Notes under the pieces: generated by a model
Told to the model about the DNA's origin: nothing
Databases searched by the model: none
The model's input: only the letters and a program-made list of their open reading frames with translations
Source of the DNA: Candidatus Aenigmatarchaeota archaeon
GTDB lineage: Archaea > Aenigmatarchaeota > Aenigmatarchaeia > CG10238-14 > SCSR01
Direction of reading: 5' to 3'
DNA length: 64,000 nt
NCBI GenBank assembly: GCA_038999725.1
Contig: JAWBWS010000002.1
Span: 64,001 to 128,000, forward strand
Part shown: positions 37,528-46,975 of the stretch, piece by piece
Layout of the letters: each line of letters opens with the position of its first letter
How positions within the stretch are numbered: position 1 is the stretch's first letter
Program-made: the position numbers and the translations under genes

Positions 37528-37767
37528 ATGGGTATTTTGAACCGAGTGGTAATAGGTTTAATTACAGTTTTCATAGCGACTTTTATGCTTTTCTATATTT
37601 TTGACAACATGAACAAATTGGCTGAAAGATGTAAGGCAGAAGTACAAAAATCCTTTGTTTGTCAACAATTTTCAGGTTTTACTTTATCCATGCTTGTAAT
37701 TCTTTTGATTATCGGCGGCTTCATTTTTATAATCTTAACAGTATCTTACATCTTGCTCTCTTCCTAG
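37528..37767 (+). CDS. small two-TM hypothetical protein
   Basis: Two TM helices with a Cys pair in the loop; abuts rnp4. Confidence 0.65.
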   Translation: MGILNRVVIGLITVFIATFMLFYIFDNMNKLAERCKAEVQKSFVCQQFSGFTLSMLVILLIIGGFIFIILTVSYILLSS

Positions 37768-37816
37768 CAAAGCTATTAAAATAAAAAAATAAATTTTTAT
37801 GGAGTAAGGTAGTAGT

Positions 37817-38251
37817 ATGGTAACAGCTAGGGAAATTGAACCGGCAAAGCTTGTTGAAAGGTTGAAAGAAGAACTTAAGAAAATAGAAGAAATTAAGCCT
37901 CCAGAGTGGGCAAAATTTGTGAAGTCGGGGGTTCATAAGCAAAGACCTCCCGAGCAACTTGATTTTTGGTATATAAGAGCTGCCTCAATTTTAAGAAGGA
38001 TTTATTTAGATGGTCCCGTAGGAGTTGAAAGGCTTAGAAGCTATTATGGTGGAAGGAGGAAGAGGGGCTATTTCCCACAACACTTCAGAAAAGCTTCTGG
38101 AAGCATAGTGAGGAAAATTTTACAGCAACTTGAAAAAGCTGGTTTGGTAGAAAAAACTGCCAAAGGAAGGAAAATAACCTCCAGAGGTCAAAAGATTTTG
38201 GATAGAATTGCTTATGAAATAAAATCTCAATCAAGTGAAAAAAATGGATGA
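37817..38251 (+). CDS. rps19e: 30S ribosomal protein S19e
   Basis: [21 protein letters not shown]. Confidence 0.97.
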   Translation: MVTAREIEPAKLVERLKEELKKIEEIKPPEWAKFVKSGVHKQRPPEQLDFWYIRAASILRRIYLDGPVGVERLRSYYGGRRKRGYFPQHFRKASGSIVRKILQQLEKAGLVEKTAKGRKITSRGQKILDRIAYEIKSQSSEKNG

Positions 38252-38501
38252 GATTAACCCAGAAGATTTGAAAAAAATGGATGAGATGAAAAAAATAATT
38301 TTGAAGAGAATTTTATCGAAAGAAGCCATGGAGAGAATAGCAAGGGTAAAGCTTGTTAAACCAGAGCTTATTAATGAGCTTGAACTCTACTTGATTCAAC
38401 TTTATCAAGCTGGAAAGATAAAAGAAGAAATATCAGAAGATCAGATAAGGATGATATTGGAAAAACTTGCTGGAAGAAGAAAATTTAGGATAATAAAGTG
38501 A
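38244..38501 (+). CDS. PDCD5-like DNA-binding protein
   Basis: [19 protein letters not shown]; canonical position after S19e. Confidence 0.9.
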   Translation: MDEINPEDLKKMDEMKKIILKRILSKEAMERIARVKLVKPELINELELYLIQLYQAGKIKEEISEDQIRMILEKLAGRRKFRIIK

Positions 38502-38505
38502 TGTC

Positions 38506-38733
38506 ATGCCAGACATTACAGCAAGATTTGGTAGCAGGTATGGAAAAGGTGTGAAGAAGAAGGTTGCTGAGATAGAGAGAATCCAAAAACAAAAACACCT
38601 TTGTCCTAATTGTGAAACACTTGCTGTAAAAAGACTTGCTTCCGGGATTTGGGTATGTAAGAAGTGTGGTACAAAGTTTGCTGGCGCGGCCTATGTTCCA
38701 AGGGCTGAAATGATTAAGAAAGAGGTGAAGTGA
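38506..38733 (+). CDS. rpl37ae: 50S ribosomal protein L37ae
   Basis: RFGSRYG, CPNC, GIWVCKKCG..FAGAAY. Confidence 0.97.
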   Translation: MPDITARFGSRYGKGVKKKVAEIERIQKQKHLCPNCETLAVKRLASGIWVCKKCGTKFAGAAYVPRAEMIKKEVK

Positions 38734-38861
38734 TGTACAAATGTATGAACTGTAAAAAAATAGTTCCAAAATTGGAAGAAAAAATTAGGTGTCCTTATTG
38801 TGGTTATAGAATTTTCGTGAAATTGAGACCAGAAGTGATTAAAAGAGTGAGAGCAAGATAG
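38733..38861 (+). CDS. rpoP: RNA polymerase subunit P (Rpo12)
   Basis: Translated by hand: MYKCMNCKKIVPKLEEKIRCPYCGYRIFVKLRPEVIKRVRAR. Confidence 0.93.
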   Translation: MYKCMNCKKIVPKLEEKIRCPYCGYRIFVKLRPEVIKRVRAR

Positions 38862-38907
38862 TAAAAGGTTTAAGTTTAAGAGAAATCTATTTAGTTAGGG
38901 TGAATGT

Positions 38908-39240
38908 ATGGCCAAAGAGATTTCACCAGAGGAAGAATTTCAAATCTATCAGCAACAACTACAAACTCTTTTAATCCAAAAGGAGAGTTTGAAGCTGAAA
39001 ATCAGTGAAATAGAAAGTGCTTTGGAAGAACTTGAGAAAAGCGAGCAAAAACAAGCTTACAAGATTGTTGGGAATGTAATGGTGAGCAAGAATGTGGAAG
39101 AACTTAAGAAAGAATTGATGGAAAAAAAGGAAGAGGCAGAACTAAGAATAAAAAGTTTGGAAAAGACTGAAGAAAGGGTAATGAATAAGTTGAAAGATTT
39201 GCAAACTTTGGTTAAGGGTGAGGAAGATGAAGGGGCTTGA
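38908..39240 (+). CDS. pfdB: prefoldin beta subunit
   Basis: Coiled coils flanking YKIVGNVMV. Confidence 0.93.
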   Translation: MAKEISPEEEFQIYQQQLQTLLIQKESLKLKISEIESALEELEKSEQKQAYKIVGNVMVSKNVEELKKELMEKKEEAELRIKSLEKTEERVMNKLKDLQTLVKGEEDEGA

Positions 39241-39487
39241 ACAAGTTTTTTCATTCCTTGATCTTGTGATAAACGATAGGACTGTACCAAAGAATATAAG
39301 AAAGGTTGCAGAAGATGTTAAATCTATTTTGAACGATGAGGGACAGCCTGCAGACTTAAGATTAAGCACAGCAATACACATGCTTGATGAAATCATTAAT
39401 GATCCTAACATGCCGATGTATGCAAGAACAAAAATATGGAATGCTGTAAGCCTGCTTGAAGAAAAAAGAAGAGAACTTGCTACCTAG
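39227..39487 (+). CDS. UPF0147 family protein
   Basis: DRTVPKNIR, LDEIINDPNMPMYART. Confidence 0.9.
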   Translation: MKGLEQVFSFLDLVINDRTVPKNIRKVAEDVKSILNDEGQPADLRLSTAIHMLDEIINDPNMPMYARTKIWNAVSLLEEKRRELAT

Positions 39488-39525
39488 CTATTTAAATTTA
39501 AAATACAAAATTATAAAGGAGTCAA

Positions 39526-39876
39526 ATGATTGTAGAAAAAATAAAGAAACTGAAAGGAAAAGTGGGTAAAAAAGAAGAAGAAGAGTTTGTTGAGGTTGAG
39601 ACTGGTTTTGAAGAGGAAAGCAAAATAAATGTTAAGATTGATACCTTGAAAAATTATGCTGATGTTGATAGGGTGCTGCAATTCTTAAGAGAGGGTAATA
39701 TACTTATCCTTAGAATAAAAGATTTGAGGACTAAAGATATAAATGAGCTCAAAAAGAGTGTTGAGAAGCTCAAGAAGACTGTGAGTGCGATGGATGGAGA
39801 TTTGGTAGGGGTTGAAGAAGATTTTCTTGTAGTAACACCAAAATTTGCAAAAATTTATCGTGGCAAGGCTAGTTAG
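39526..39876 (+). CDS. sepF: cell division protein SepF-like
   Basis: LREGNILIL..., GDLVG....VVTP. Confidence 0.8.
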   Translation: MIVEKIKKLKGKVGKKEEEEFVEVETGFEEESKINVKIDTLKNYADVDRVLQFLREGNILILRIKDLRTKDINELKKSVEKLKKTVSAMDGDLVGVEEDFLVVTPKFAKIYRGKAS

Positions 39877-41375
39877 GAAGTTTTCTTCAAATCATCAAAT
39901 TTAATCTTATTTGTAATTAAATCAAAAATAACACCAAGGAGATCTGAGATTTTAACTCTTATTTGTGAACAATCGTCTCGATTTCTTATTGTTACTGTAG
40001 AATCTTTCAAAGTATCGTAATCGATTGTGATGCACAAAGGAACCCCAATTTCATCGCTTCTAGCATATCTTTTCCCTATGCTCCCAGAGTCATCATAAAA
40101 CACATCAAAACACTTCTTCAACATCTTGTAAACTTCCTTTGCTTTTTCTGGCAGCCCATCCTTGTTAACCAGGGGAAATACACCAGCTGTATAAGGAGCT
40201 ATTTTTGGTGGAAAAGCGAACCATGGCCATCCTCTTTCTTTTCCTTCTCTGAAACAATATAGAAGGATAGCATAAATCGTCCTTTCTATTCCAAAGGAAG
40301 GCTCAACAACATGTGGAATTATTTTTTCCTTACCATCAACTACCTCAAAATTTTCACCAGAGTGTTTCATGTGAGAAAGCAAATCATGATCTGCTCTGTA
40401 GGCATTCCCAACAACCTCTTTCCAGCCAAAATCGAATTTTATCTCCAAATCAAAATTTCCTTTTGAATAGTGTGGGGTTTCTTCTGGAAGCATGTGCCTA
40501 AACCTTAAAGCCTCTTTTGGAATACCTAAGCTTTGATACCAAAGGGCCTCCTTTACCAGGAAGTATGCCATCACTTCATTTGGAAGAATCCCCCTTTTCA
40601 CAGCTTCTCTTGCTTTAATCTCAATTTCTTCTGGATTTTTTTCTTTCTGGGCTTCCCTTGTTAAAATCCTTATTTCTACCTCTAGGAGATTTTTGTCAGG
40701 CACCTCTGGTTTGTTTGGGTTGAAGAAATATTCTATCTCCATTTGATTGAACTCTCTCAGGCGCATAATCCATTGTCTAGGTGAAATTTCATTTCTGTAT
40801 GATCTGCCAACTTGGGCAATACCAAAAGGTAGTGTAGCCCTTGTTGAAGCAAGCAAGTTCTTAAAGTTTATAAAAATTCCTTGTGCTGTTTCTGGTCTTA
40901 AATAGGCAATGTTGCCGGAAGCGGGGCCAAGTTGTGTGGAAAACATTAAATTGAAAATCTTAACCTCAGAAAGCTCGTCCCCACACCTCTGACATTTCAC
41001 CTTTTTTTCTTTAATAATTTTCGTTAAATCTTCGGGCTTGAGCCCTTCAACAAACTTGCCAACACTCTCTTGAATCAAGTCATCTGCTCGATAGAATGAG
41101 CCACATTTCTTACATTGAGTCATGGGATCAATAAAGTTTTTAAGGTGGCCGGAAGCTTCCCAAACTTTTTCATGCATTATCAAAGAAGTTTCAATTTCAA
41201 AAATTTTCTCCTCTTCTTTAACAAAAAATTCTCTCCAGGAATTCTCAATTTTTCTCTTTAGAAGTACTCCTATGTTGCCAAAATCAAAGAAACCAGCGAG
41301 ACCACCATAAATTTCTGAGCTGGGAAAAATAATCCCCCTTCTTTTTGAAATTTGGATTATTTTTCCTATTTCCAT
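39873..41375 (-). CDS. glyS: glycyl-tRNA synthetase
   Basis: LRPETAQGIF, RNEISPR, EPSFGIER. Confidence 0.97.
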   Translation of the reverse strand: MEIGKIIQISKRRGIIFPSSEIYGGLAGFFDFGNIGVLLKRKIENSWREFFVKEEEKIFEIETSLIMHEKVWEASGHLKNFIDPMTQCKKCGSFYRADDLIQESVGKFVEGLKPEDLTKIIKEKKVKCQRCGDELSEVKIFNLMFSTQLGPASGNIAYLRPETAQGIFINFKNLLASTRATLPFGIAQVGRSYRNEISPRQWIMRLREFNQMEIEYFFNPNKPEVPDKNLLEVEIRILTREAQKEKNPEEIEIKAREAVKRGILPNEVMAYFLVKEALWYQSLGIPKEALRFRHMLPEETPHYSKGNFDLEIKFDFGWKEVVGNAYRADHDLLSHMKHSGENFEVVDGKEKIIPHVVEPSFGIERTIYAILLYCFREGKERGWPWFAFPPKIAPYTAGVFPLVNKDGLPEKAKEVYKMLKKCFDVFYDDSGSIGKRYARSDEIGVPLCITIDYDTLKDSTVTIRNRDDCSQIRVKISDLLGVIFDLITNKIKFDDLKKTS

Positions 41376-41396
41376 AAAAATCATTTCTAATTGAAA

Positions 41397-42419
41397 TTAT
41401 TTAAACCATCCCCTCAGGCTCGATTGAGTTCCAGAAGAAAAGCTCTTTTGTAGTATCTCTATCACCTTTTCAACCCTCTCTTGGGAGAAGTCGTGCTCAT
41501 CCACCATAAATTTAATTATCCTCTCTTTATCCGGCTTCTTAAATTCAATTTTATAATCTTCTGCTACTATTGGTTCTAAAAAGAAGTTGTATATATCTTC
41601 CGGGTCGGCCTCCCCAACCCATTCTAAATTTTCCAAAACTTTTTTCAAACTCTTGTGCTCTTTTACCAATTTCAAAGCTGTTTTTGGACCAACCTTTTCT
41701 ATTCCTGGGTTGTAATCGGTCCCAACAAGCATACCAATTATGATGAGTTGCTCTCTTGTTATACCTAAGTTTGAGAGAACTTGCTGAAGTTCTATAATTT
41801 CTGGCTTCACCTCTATGTAAGCTTCTTTTCTTGGTAATTTTCTTTTCCCTGTTATAGAAAGATTTCTCACTAAACGTGGGGAACCAAAAAGAAGAGAGTC
41901 CATGTCTTGAGAACCTGTTGCAAATACTTCATTTTTTTTACAAAGATGGGCACAAGTAGCTTCACCTTCGCTTGGTGCTTGAATCCAAGGTATTCCCATA
42001 GCATCCAAAAGTTCTTTTGAATCTTTTATCATTTCATCGGTAAGCTCAACCGCAGCTTGAGCATATGTTATCGCCTTTTCCCCTTTTTTCAATGCCTCCT
42101 CCCATTTCTCTTTTGCTTTTTCTCTTACCGCTTTCCTTTCTTCCACAGTCCTCTTCTTGAATTTTGGTGGTTCACCATCGAAAACAAAAATTGGTTTTAC
42201 CCCTGCTTCGATTAAGTTTGAAGTCCTGTAAAACAAACCAGACAAATGAGAGGTTATTCTACCTTTGCTATCTCTCAGGGGTTCTCCTGTCATTTTGTCC
42301 CTTATTATACTCAAAAAGGAAAAAAGTGTGTTGAAAGCATCAATCGCTATTTTTTTGCCTGCCAATTCTGTAAGCTCAATTTCTTTCGCCTTTATAAGAC
42401 CTTCCAACTTCACTCCCAA
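41397..42419 (-). CDS. fen: flap endonuclease 1
   Basis: TSHLSGLFYRT, APSEGEA, GTDYN, C-terminal PIP box QSSLRGWF. Confidence 0.97.
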   Translation of the reverse strand: MGVKLEGLIKAKEIELTELAGKKIAIDAFNTLFSFLSIIRDKMTGEPLRDSKGRITSHLSGLFYRTSNLIEAGVKPIFVFDGEPPKFKKRTVEERKAVREKAKEKWEEALKKGEKAITYAQAAVELTDEMIKDSKELLDAMGIPWIQAPSEGEATCAHLCKKNEVFATGSQDMDSLLFGSPRLVRNLSITGKRKLPRKEAYIEVKPEIIELQQVLSNLGITREQLIIIGMLVGTDYNPGIEKVGPKTALKLVKEHKSLKKVLENLEWVGEADPEDIYNFFLEPIVAEDYKIEFKKPDKERIIKFMVDEHDFSQERVEKVIEILQKSFSSGTQSSLRGWFK

Positions 42420-42506
42420 TATTTAGGCCTCCTATTCAAGAAATTGTGAATTGAATCTAAATTTGTGAGTAACTAAATGAAATTGAAAATTAAAAAAAGA
42501 AAAAAA

Positions 42507-42797
42507 TTACTTTTTCTTTCTTGTTTTTTTCTCCTCAGCTGCAAGCTCTCTCTCTATCTTCCACTCATCCCACTCTAGCCAGACTATGAAAATGCCGATT
42601 AAAACCACTAGCGGAGGGAGACCGCCATTCAGCAAGAGTACAAAGTCGTTCCATGCACCTGTTGCGCGAATTCCGAGGGGAGTTAGATATGGTGCTATCT
42701 TTGCACTCAAGCTACTAGCTGTTGGACCATAGAATATCCAATAGACGCCTGCAACTATGAGGAGCAATCCTATCACTATCTTGATAGCTGGATGCAA
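42507..42797 (-). CDS. two-TM hypothetical protein
   Basis: GGTGA RBS plus TTG start; two TM helices and a charged tail. Confidence 0.7.
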   Translation of the reverse strand: MHPAIKIVIGLLLIVAGVYWIFYGPTASSLSAKIAPYLTPLGIRATGAWNDFVLLLNGGLPPLVVLIGIFIVWLEWDEWKIERELAAEEKKTRKKK

Positions 42798-42846
42798 ACC
42801 ATCACCTTTTAAAAATTATAAAAAGTATAATATTTAAGCTTTATTT

Positions 42847-43362
42847 GTGAGTGGAATGAAGAGTGGGTATGCTTTTATAAAAGAGACGAGAAGAAAAGTA
42901 GAAGAGCTTGTTAAAAAAAGGCTCATTGAGTGGAGGAAACAAAAAACTGTAGAGAGAATAGAAAAACCGAGCAAACTTGATAGAGCAAGGGCTTTGGGAT
43001 ACAAAGCAAAACCTGGTTTTGTTGTGGTTAGAGTAAAAGTTAGGAAGGGTGGGAGAAGAAGACCGAGATATCATAGGGGGAGAAAACCCTCGAAAGCTGG
43101 AATGGTTCACTTTACCCCAAAACAATCCTTACAAGCAATAGCCGAGCAAAAGGCTGCGAGAAAATTCCCAAATCTTGAAGTCCTGAACAGTTATTTGGCT
43201 GGTGAGGATGGAACAACAAAATTTTTTGAAGTAATAATGGTTGATCCAAATAATCCTCATATCCAAAGCGATCCTAATATAAACTGGATTTGCCAACCCC
43301 AACATAGAAGAAGAGTTTTTCGTGGCTTAACTGCCGCAGGAAAAAGAGCAAGAGCAAAATAA
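42847..43362 (+). CDS. rpl15e: 50S ribosomal protein L15e
   Basis: [26 protein letters not shown]. Confidence 0.97.
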   Translation: MSGMKSGYAFIKETRRKVEELVKKRLIEWRKQKTVERIEKPSKLDRARALGYKAKPGFVVVRVKVRKGGRRRPRYHRGRKPSKAGMVHFTPKQSLQAIAEQKAARKFPNLEVLNSYLAGEDGTTKFFEVIMVDPNNPHIQSDPNINWICQPQHRRRVFRGLTAAGKRARAK

Positions 43363-43390
43363 TTTGATTTGAGAAAAATCTATAATAATT

Positions 43391-44107
43391 ATGAAGTTTT
43401 TTGACTTGCATGTTCACAGTGCTTTCAGTGGCGGTGAGTCGAGTTTGGAAGAATTGGCAAGAACTGCTAAGCTTTTGGGCTACAGTGGGATTTGTTTTGT
43501 ATTTTATTATCAAGATGAAACTCAAAAAGATATTTTGGTCGCCGAAATTGAAAGGATAAAAAAAGAGGTTGGAATTGATATCTACTTGGGGTTCGAGGCA
43601 AGAGATGTGAAAGAGTTGAAATATTTGGCCAAGAAAAGGAGAAGCTTTGACCTGCTACTGGCAAGGGGAGGAGAAATGGAAATGAATAGAGTTGCATGTG
43701 AAACCCCTGAAGTTGATATTTTGACTCACCCGGAATATCAGAGGAATGATTCTGGTTTAGATCATATTAGTGTAAGATTTGCGGCAAAAAATGATGTTGC
43801 TATAGAAATAAACTTTAGGGAAATCTTACTTTCAAGCAGAGTGAGTAGAGCAAAAATTTTGGCAAATATAGCAAAGAATGTACAGCTTGCTAAAAAATAC
43901 AAAGCTAAGATTATAATTTGCTCAGGAGCTGTGAGCCATTGGGAATTGAAAGATCCTTTTTGTTTAGCCTCTTTTGCAACCTTGTTGGGATTAGAATTAA
44001 AAGAGGGGAAAAGAGCCATATCTGAAACACCTAAAGAAATTATTGAAAAGATTAAAGAGAGGAAAGATGAAAATTGGATCATGCCTGGGGTAAGGAGGGT
44101 AGAGTAA
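43391..44107 (+). CDS. rnp3: RNase P protein component 3 (Rpp30)
   Basis: DLHVH, VDILTHP, AIEINF. Confidence 0.93.
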   Translation: MKFFDLHVHSAFSGGESSLEELARTAKLLGYSGICFVFYYQDETQKDILVAEIERIKKEVGIDIYLGFEARDVKELKYLAKKRRSFDLLLARGGEMEMNRVACETPEVDILTHPEYQRNDSGLDHISVRFAAKNDVAIEINFREILLSSRVSRAKILANIAKNVQLAKKYKAKIIICSGAVSHWELKDPFCLASFATLLGLELKEGKRAISETPKEIIEKIKERKDENWIMPGVRRVE

Positions 44108-44108
44108 G

Positions 44109-44423
44109 ATGGGTTGTGTAATTTTTTTAACATGTCCAAAAGAAAGAATTGCAGAAAAAGTTGCTAAGGATTTGCTTAAGAAGAAGTTGATAGCTTGCGC
44201 GAGCGTAATCCCAAAAATTAAAAGCTTTTATTGGTGGGAGGGAAAGATTGAAAGAAACTCGGAAGTTTTGGTCATGATGAAAACAGAAGAAAAACTTTTC
44301 CCTTTGATAGAGAAGGAAATTTTGAAAATTCATCCTTACAAAATTCCGGAAATTATTTGCTTTAGAATTGAAAAAGGGTTCGAAAAATATTTGAAATGGA
44401 TAAAAGAAGTGGTGAGAAAATGA
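44109..44423 (+). CDS. cutA: divalent-cation tolerance protein CutA
   Basis: LIAC, YWWEGKIE, HPYKIPEI. Confidence 0.93.
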   Translation: MGCVIFLTCPKERIAEKVAKDLLKKKLIACASVIPKIKSFYWWEGKIERNSEVLVMMKTEEKLFPLIEKEILKIHPYKIPEIICFRIEKGFEKYLKWIKEVVRK

Positions 44424-44755
44424 GGAAACCGAAAACTTTGCTTCCTAGCTTAAGAGAAAGAGAAAGATATTTGAAATTTAAAGTCATTTCCGAGGGACCT
44501 ATAAGCTATGTTGACTTAGAGAATTCAATTTGGAATTCTTTTTTAGATTTTTATGGAGAGCTTGGTGTTTCTAAATTCTCCCTCTGGATAATCAAAAATT
44601 TATGGGACGAAAGAGAGCAAACCGGTGTGATAAAATGTAATAATAAATCTGTAGAAGAAATTCTTGCTGGCCTAGGCTTAATTTCAAGGCTTGGTGATTT
44701 GAGGATTATCTTTAAAATTTTAAAGATTTCTGGAACAATCAAAGGATTAAAATGA
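44420..44755 (+). CDS. rnp2: RNase P protein component 2 (Pop5)
   Basis: LPSLRERERYL, ISGTIK. Confidence 0.93.
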   Translation: MRKPKTLLPSLRERERYLKFKVISEGPISYVDLENSIWNSFLDFYGELGVSKFSLWIIKNLWDEREQTGVIKCNNKSVEEILAGLGLISRLGDLRIIFKILKISGTIKGLK

Positions 44756-44845
44756 TTTTTAATCTAGGGGTGATAGAAAAAGTTTTATAGAGATTAAAAA
44801 GAATATAAATTTCTAGGATAAAGAATTAAGTATGAGGTGAAAAAA

Positions 44846-45578
44846 TTGCCTGAGATATTACCTGAATACATGGGCTATGACAGGACAAATGAGTAGAGTT
44901 TAAAACTCGCTCAGTCAATTTGCTGTCTTCAGCCCGGATGGAAGATTGTTTCAAGTAGAATACGCAAGAGAAGCTGTAAAAAAAGGAACCACCTGTCTTG
45001 GTATAGTTTTTAAGAATGGTATCTTATTTGCCACGGTCAAACCAAAAACTCCTCTAATGGTTCCAGAATCCATAGAGAAGATCTTCCAAATAGATGATCA
45101 TGCCGCTGCCGTTGCTGCTGGTCTATTGGCAGATGCAAGGGTGCTTGTGAATCAAGCAAGGGTGAGAGCTCAAATCCATAAGATAACCTATGAGGAGGCT
45201 ATGGACATTTGGGGTCTTGCACGAACTGTTGCTGATAGAATGCAAATTTCAACGCTTTATGCAGGTTTGAGACCTTATGGTGTCTCTTTCTTGATTGGAG
45301 GAATTGATCCAACAGGAGTCCACTTGATAGAGGTAGACCCCTCTGGAATGTTATATGAATGGTATGCTTATGCGATTGGAAGAGGCTCTGTACTTGCTAA
45401 CAAGATTCTGAGGCAAAGGTGGAAACCAAATTTAAGTGAAGAAGATGCCCTAAAAATTGCCTTGGAGATTCTATCAAAAGTAGAAAAAGAGGGAGAAGCT
45501 GATATAGCCATGATAAAACTTGAGGAAAAGAAGTTCAAAAGGCTTTCGGAAGAGGAAATCAAAAAAATAAAATTTTAG
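44846..45578 (+). CDS. psmA: proteasome alpha subunit, spliced: join(44846..44888,44920..45578), 233 aa
   Basis: GAGGTGA RBS plus TTG. Exon 1 encodes MPEILPEYMGYDRT and exon 2 encodes AVFSPDGRLFQVEYAREAV in another frame. Removing 31 nt gives GYDRTIAVFSPDG. Confidence 0.9.
44889..44919 (+). other. 31-nt bulge-helix-bulge-type intron in psmA pre-mRNA
   Basis: ATGAGTAGAGTTTAAAACTCGCTCAGTCAAT; internal hairpin; 3-nt bulges AA|A and AT|T flank helix (G)GAC/GTC(A); contains an in-frame TAG. Confidence 0.8.
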
Positions 45579-45604
45579 TTGTTGATATTTATTAGGGTGT
45601 CTAT

Positions 45605-46315
45605 ATTACTGTAGGAGTAGATAAGGCTGTAATAGCTAGATTACAACGTTTTGGGCAAAGATTTGAAATACTTGTAGATCCTGATAAGGCTTTAGAAGTA
45701 AAGAAAGGGATGAAAGTAGGTATGGATGATTTGTTAGCATATCCTGCCGTGTACAGAGATTCAAGAAAAAGTGAAGTTGCTTCTGACCAAGAGCTTCAGA
45801 AAGTTTTTGGTACCACAGATGTAATGAAAATAGCTGAAAGGATTATAAAAGAGGGTGAGCTACAACTTACAACCGAGCAAAAAAGAAGGATGATAGAACA
45901 GAAGAAAATCCAGATAGCAAACATAATTTCAAGAAAGGGTGTAAATCCACAAACGAACACTCCTCACCCACCTCAAAGGATAATCAAAGCTATGGAAGAA
46001 ACAGGAATTAACATAGATCCTTTTCTCGATGCCGAGCTCCAAGTGGATAAAGTTTTAAAAAGTATAAAAGCGATATTGCCTATAAAGTTCCAGAAAGTTG
46101 TGTTGCAGATAAAAATACCTCCACAATTTTCTGGAAGCTCTTATAACATACTTAAGAGTGTGGGGAATGTTATTAGTGAAGAATGGAAGGGAGATGGTAG
46201 TTTAATGGTAAATGTAGAAATATTGGCGGGAGTTCAGGAAGAGCTTTTCCAGAAGCTATCTTCCTTAACCCATGGTAATTTTGAGTCAAAGATTTTGAAG
46301 AGGGAAGATATATGA
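45605..46315 (+). CDS. ribosome maturation factor SBDS/Sdo1 (putative ATT start)
   Basis: The conserved N-terminus VDKAVIARLQRFGQRFEILVDP lies upstream of the first ATG; there is no in-frame ATG/GTG/TTG after the upstream TAG; GGGTG RBS precedes ATT. Confidence 0.9.
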   Translation: MTVGVDKAVIARLQRFGQRFEILVDPDKALEVKKGMKVGMDDLLAYPAVYRDSRKSEVASDQELQKVFGTTDVMKIAERIIKEGELQLTTEQKRRMIEQKKIQIANIISRKGVNPQTNTPHPPQRIIKAMEETGINIDPFLDAELQVDKVLKSIKAILPIKFQKVVLQIKIPPQFSGSSYNILKSVGNVISEEWKGDGSLMVNVEILAGVQEELFQKLSSLTHGNFESKILKREDI

Positions 46316-46971
46316 GTGAAAAAAGAGAAATAATTTTGCCAGGTGAATTCATTTGTGAGAAAGCTGGAAGAAAAATTGGACATGGTGTTTATCTTGAAGG
46401 TGAAAAAGTTTTTTCTAAAATTCTTGGGATTCCAAATGTTGGTGAAAATGAGGTTTTTGTTATACCATTGGCCGGACCCTACATTCCAAAAGTTGGAGAT
46501 AGAGTAATAGGAAAAGTTTTGAGTGTAGAAATTTCTGGATGGATTGTTGACATAAATTCACCTTATGTTGCTTTTTTACCTTTAGGTGAGGCTGTGGGAG
46601 AATTTGTTGACATCTCAAAAACAGATATAAGCAGATATTATGATGTTGATGATGTCATATTTTGCATCGTTTCAAAAGTTACAAAAGATAAAACAATTCA
46701 AGTCTCGATGAAGAATATAGGAAGCAGGAAGCTTTATGGTGGAGTTTTAATCAAGATAAACCCAAATAAAGTGCCAAGGATAATAGGCAGGGGTGGAAGC
46801 ATGATAAATATAATAAAGAAGAAAACTCAGTGTGAGATTTACATCGGAAGAAATGGCTACATTTGGATAAGAGGAGAAAATAAAAGCAAAGCAATAGAAG
46901 CCATCTTCACCATAGAGAGGGAGTCTCACATAATAGGCCTAACTGAAAAAATTGAAAAAATGTTGGGTTGA
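46312..46971 (+). CDS. rrp4: exosome RNA-binding protein Rrp4
   Basis: YIPKVGDRVIG, KVPRIIGRGGSMI, GRNGYIW. Confidence 0.95.
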   Translation: MSEKREIILPGEFICEKAGRKIGHGVYLEGEKVFSKILGIPNVGENEVFVIPLAGPYIPKVGDRVIGKVLSVEISGWIVDINSPYVAFLPLGEAVGEFVDISKTDISRYYDVDDVIFCIVSKVTKDKTIQVSMKNIGSRKLYGGVLIKINPNKVPRIIGRGGSMINIIKKKTQCEIYIGRNGYIWIRGENKSKAIEAIFTIERESHIIGLTEKIEKMLG

Positions 46972-46975
46972 TTTT

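Noticed and set aside
44946..45578. psmA as a truncated gene or pseudogene starting at TTG 44946
   Set aside because: The RBS, start codon and GYDR motif are intact upstream, and BHB-guided excision restores the frame exactly.
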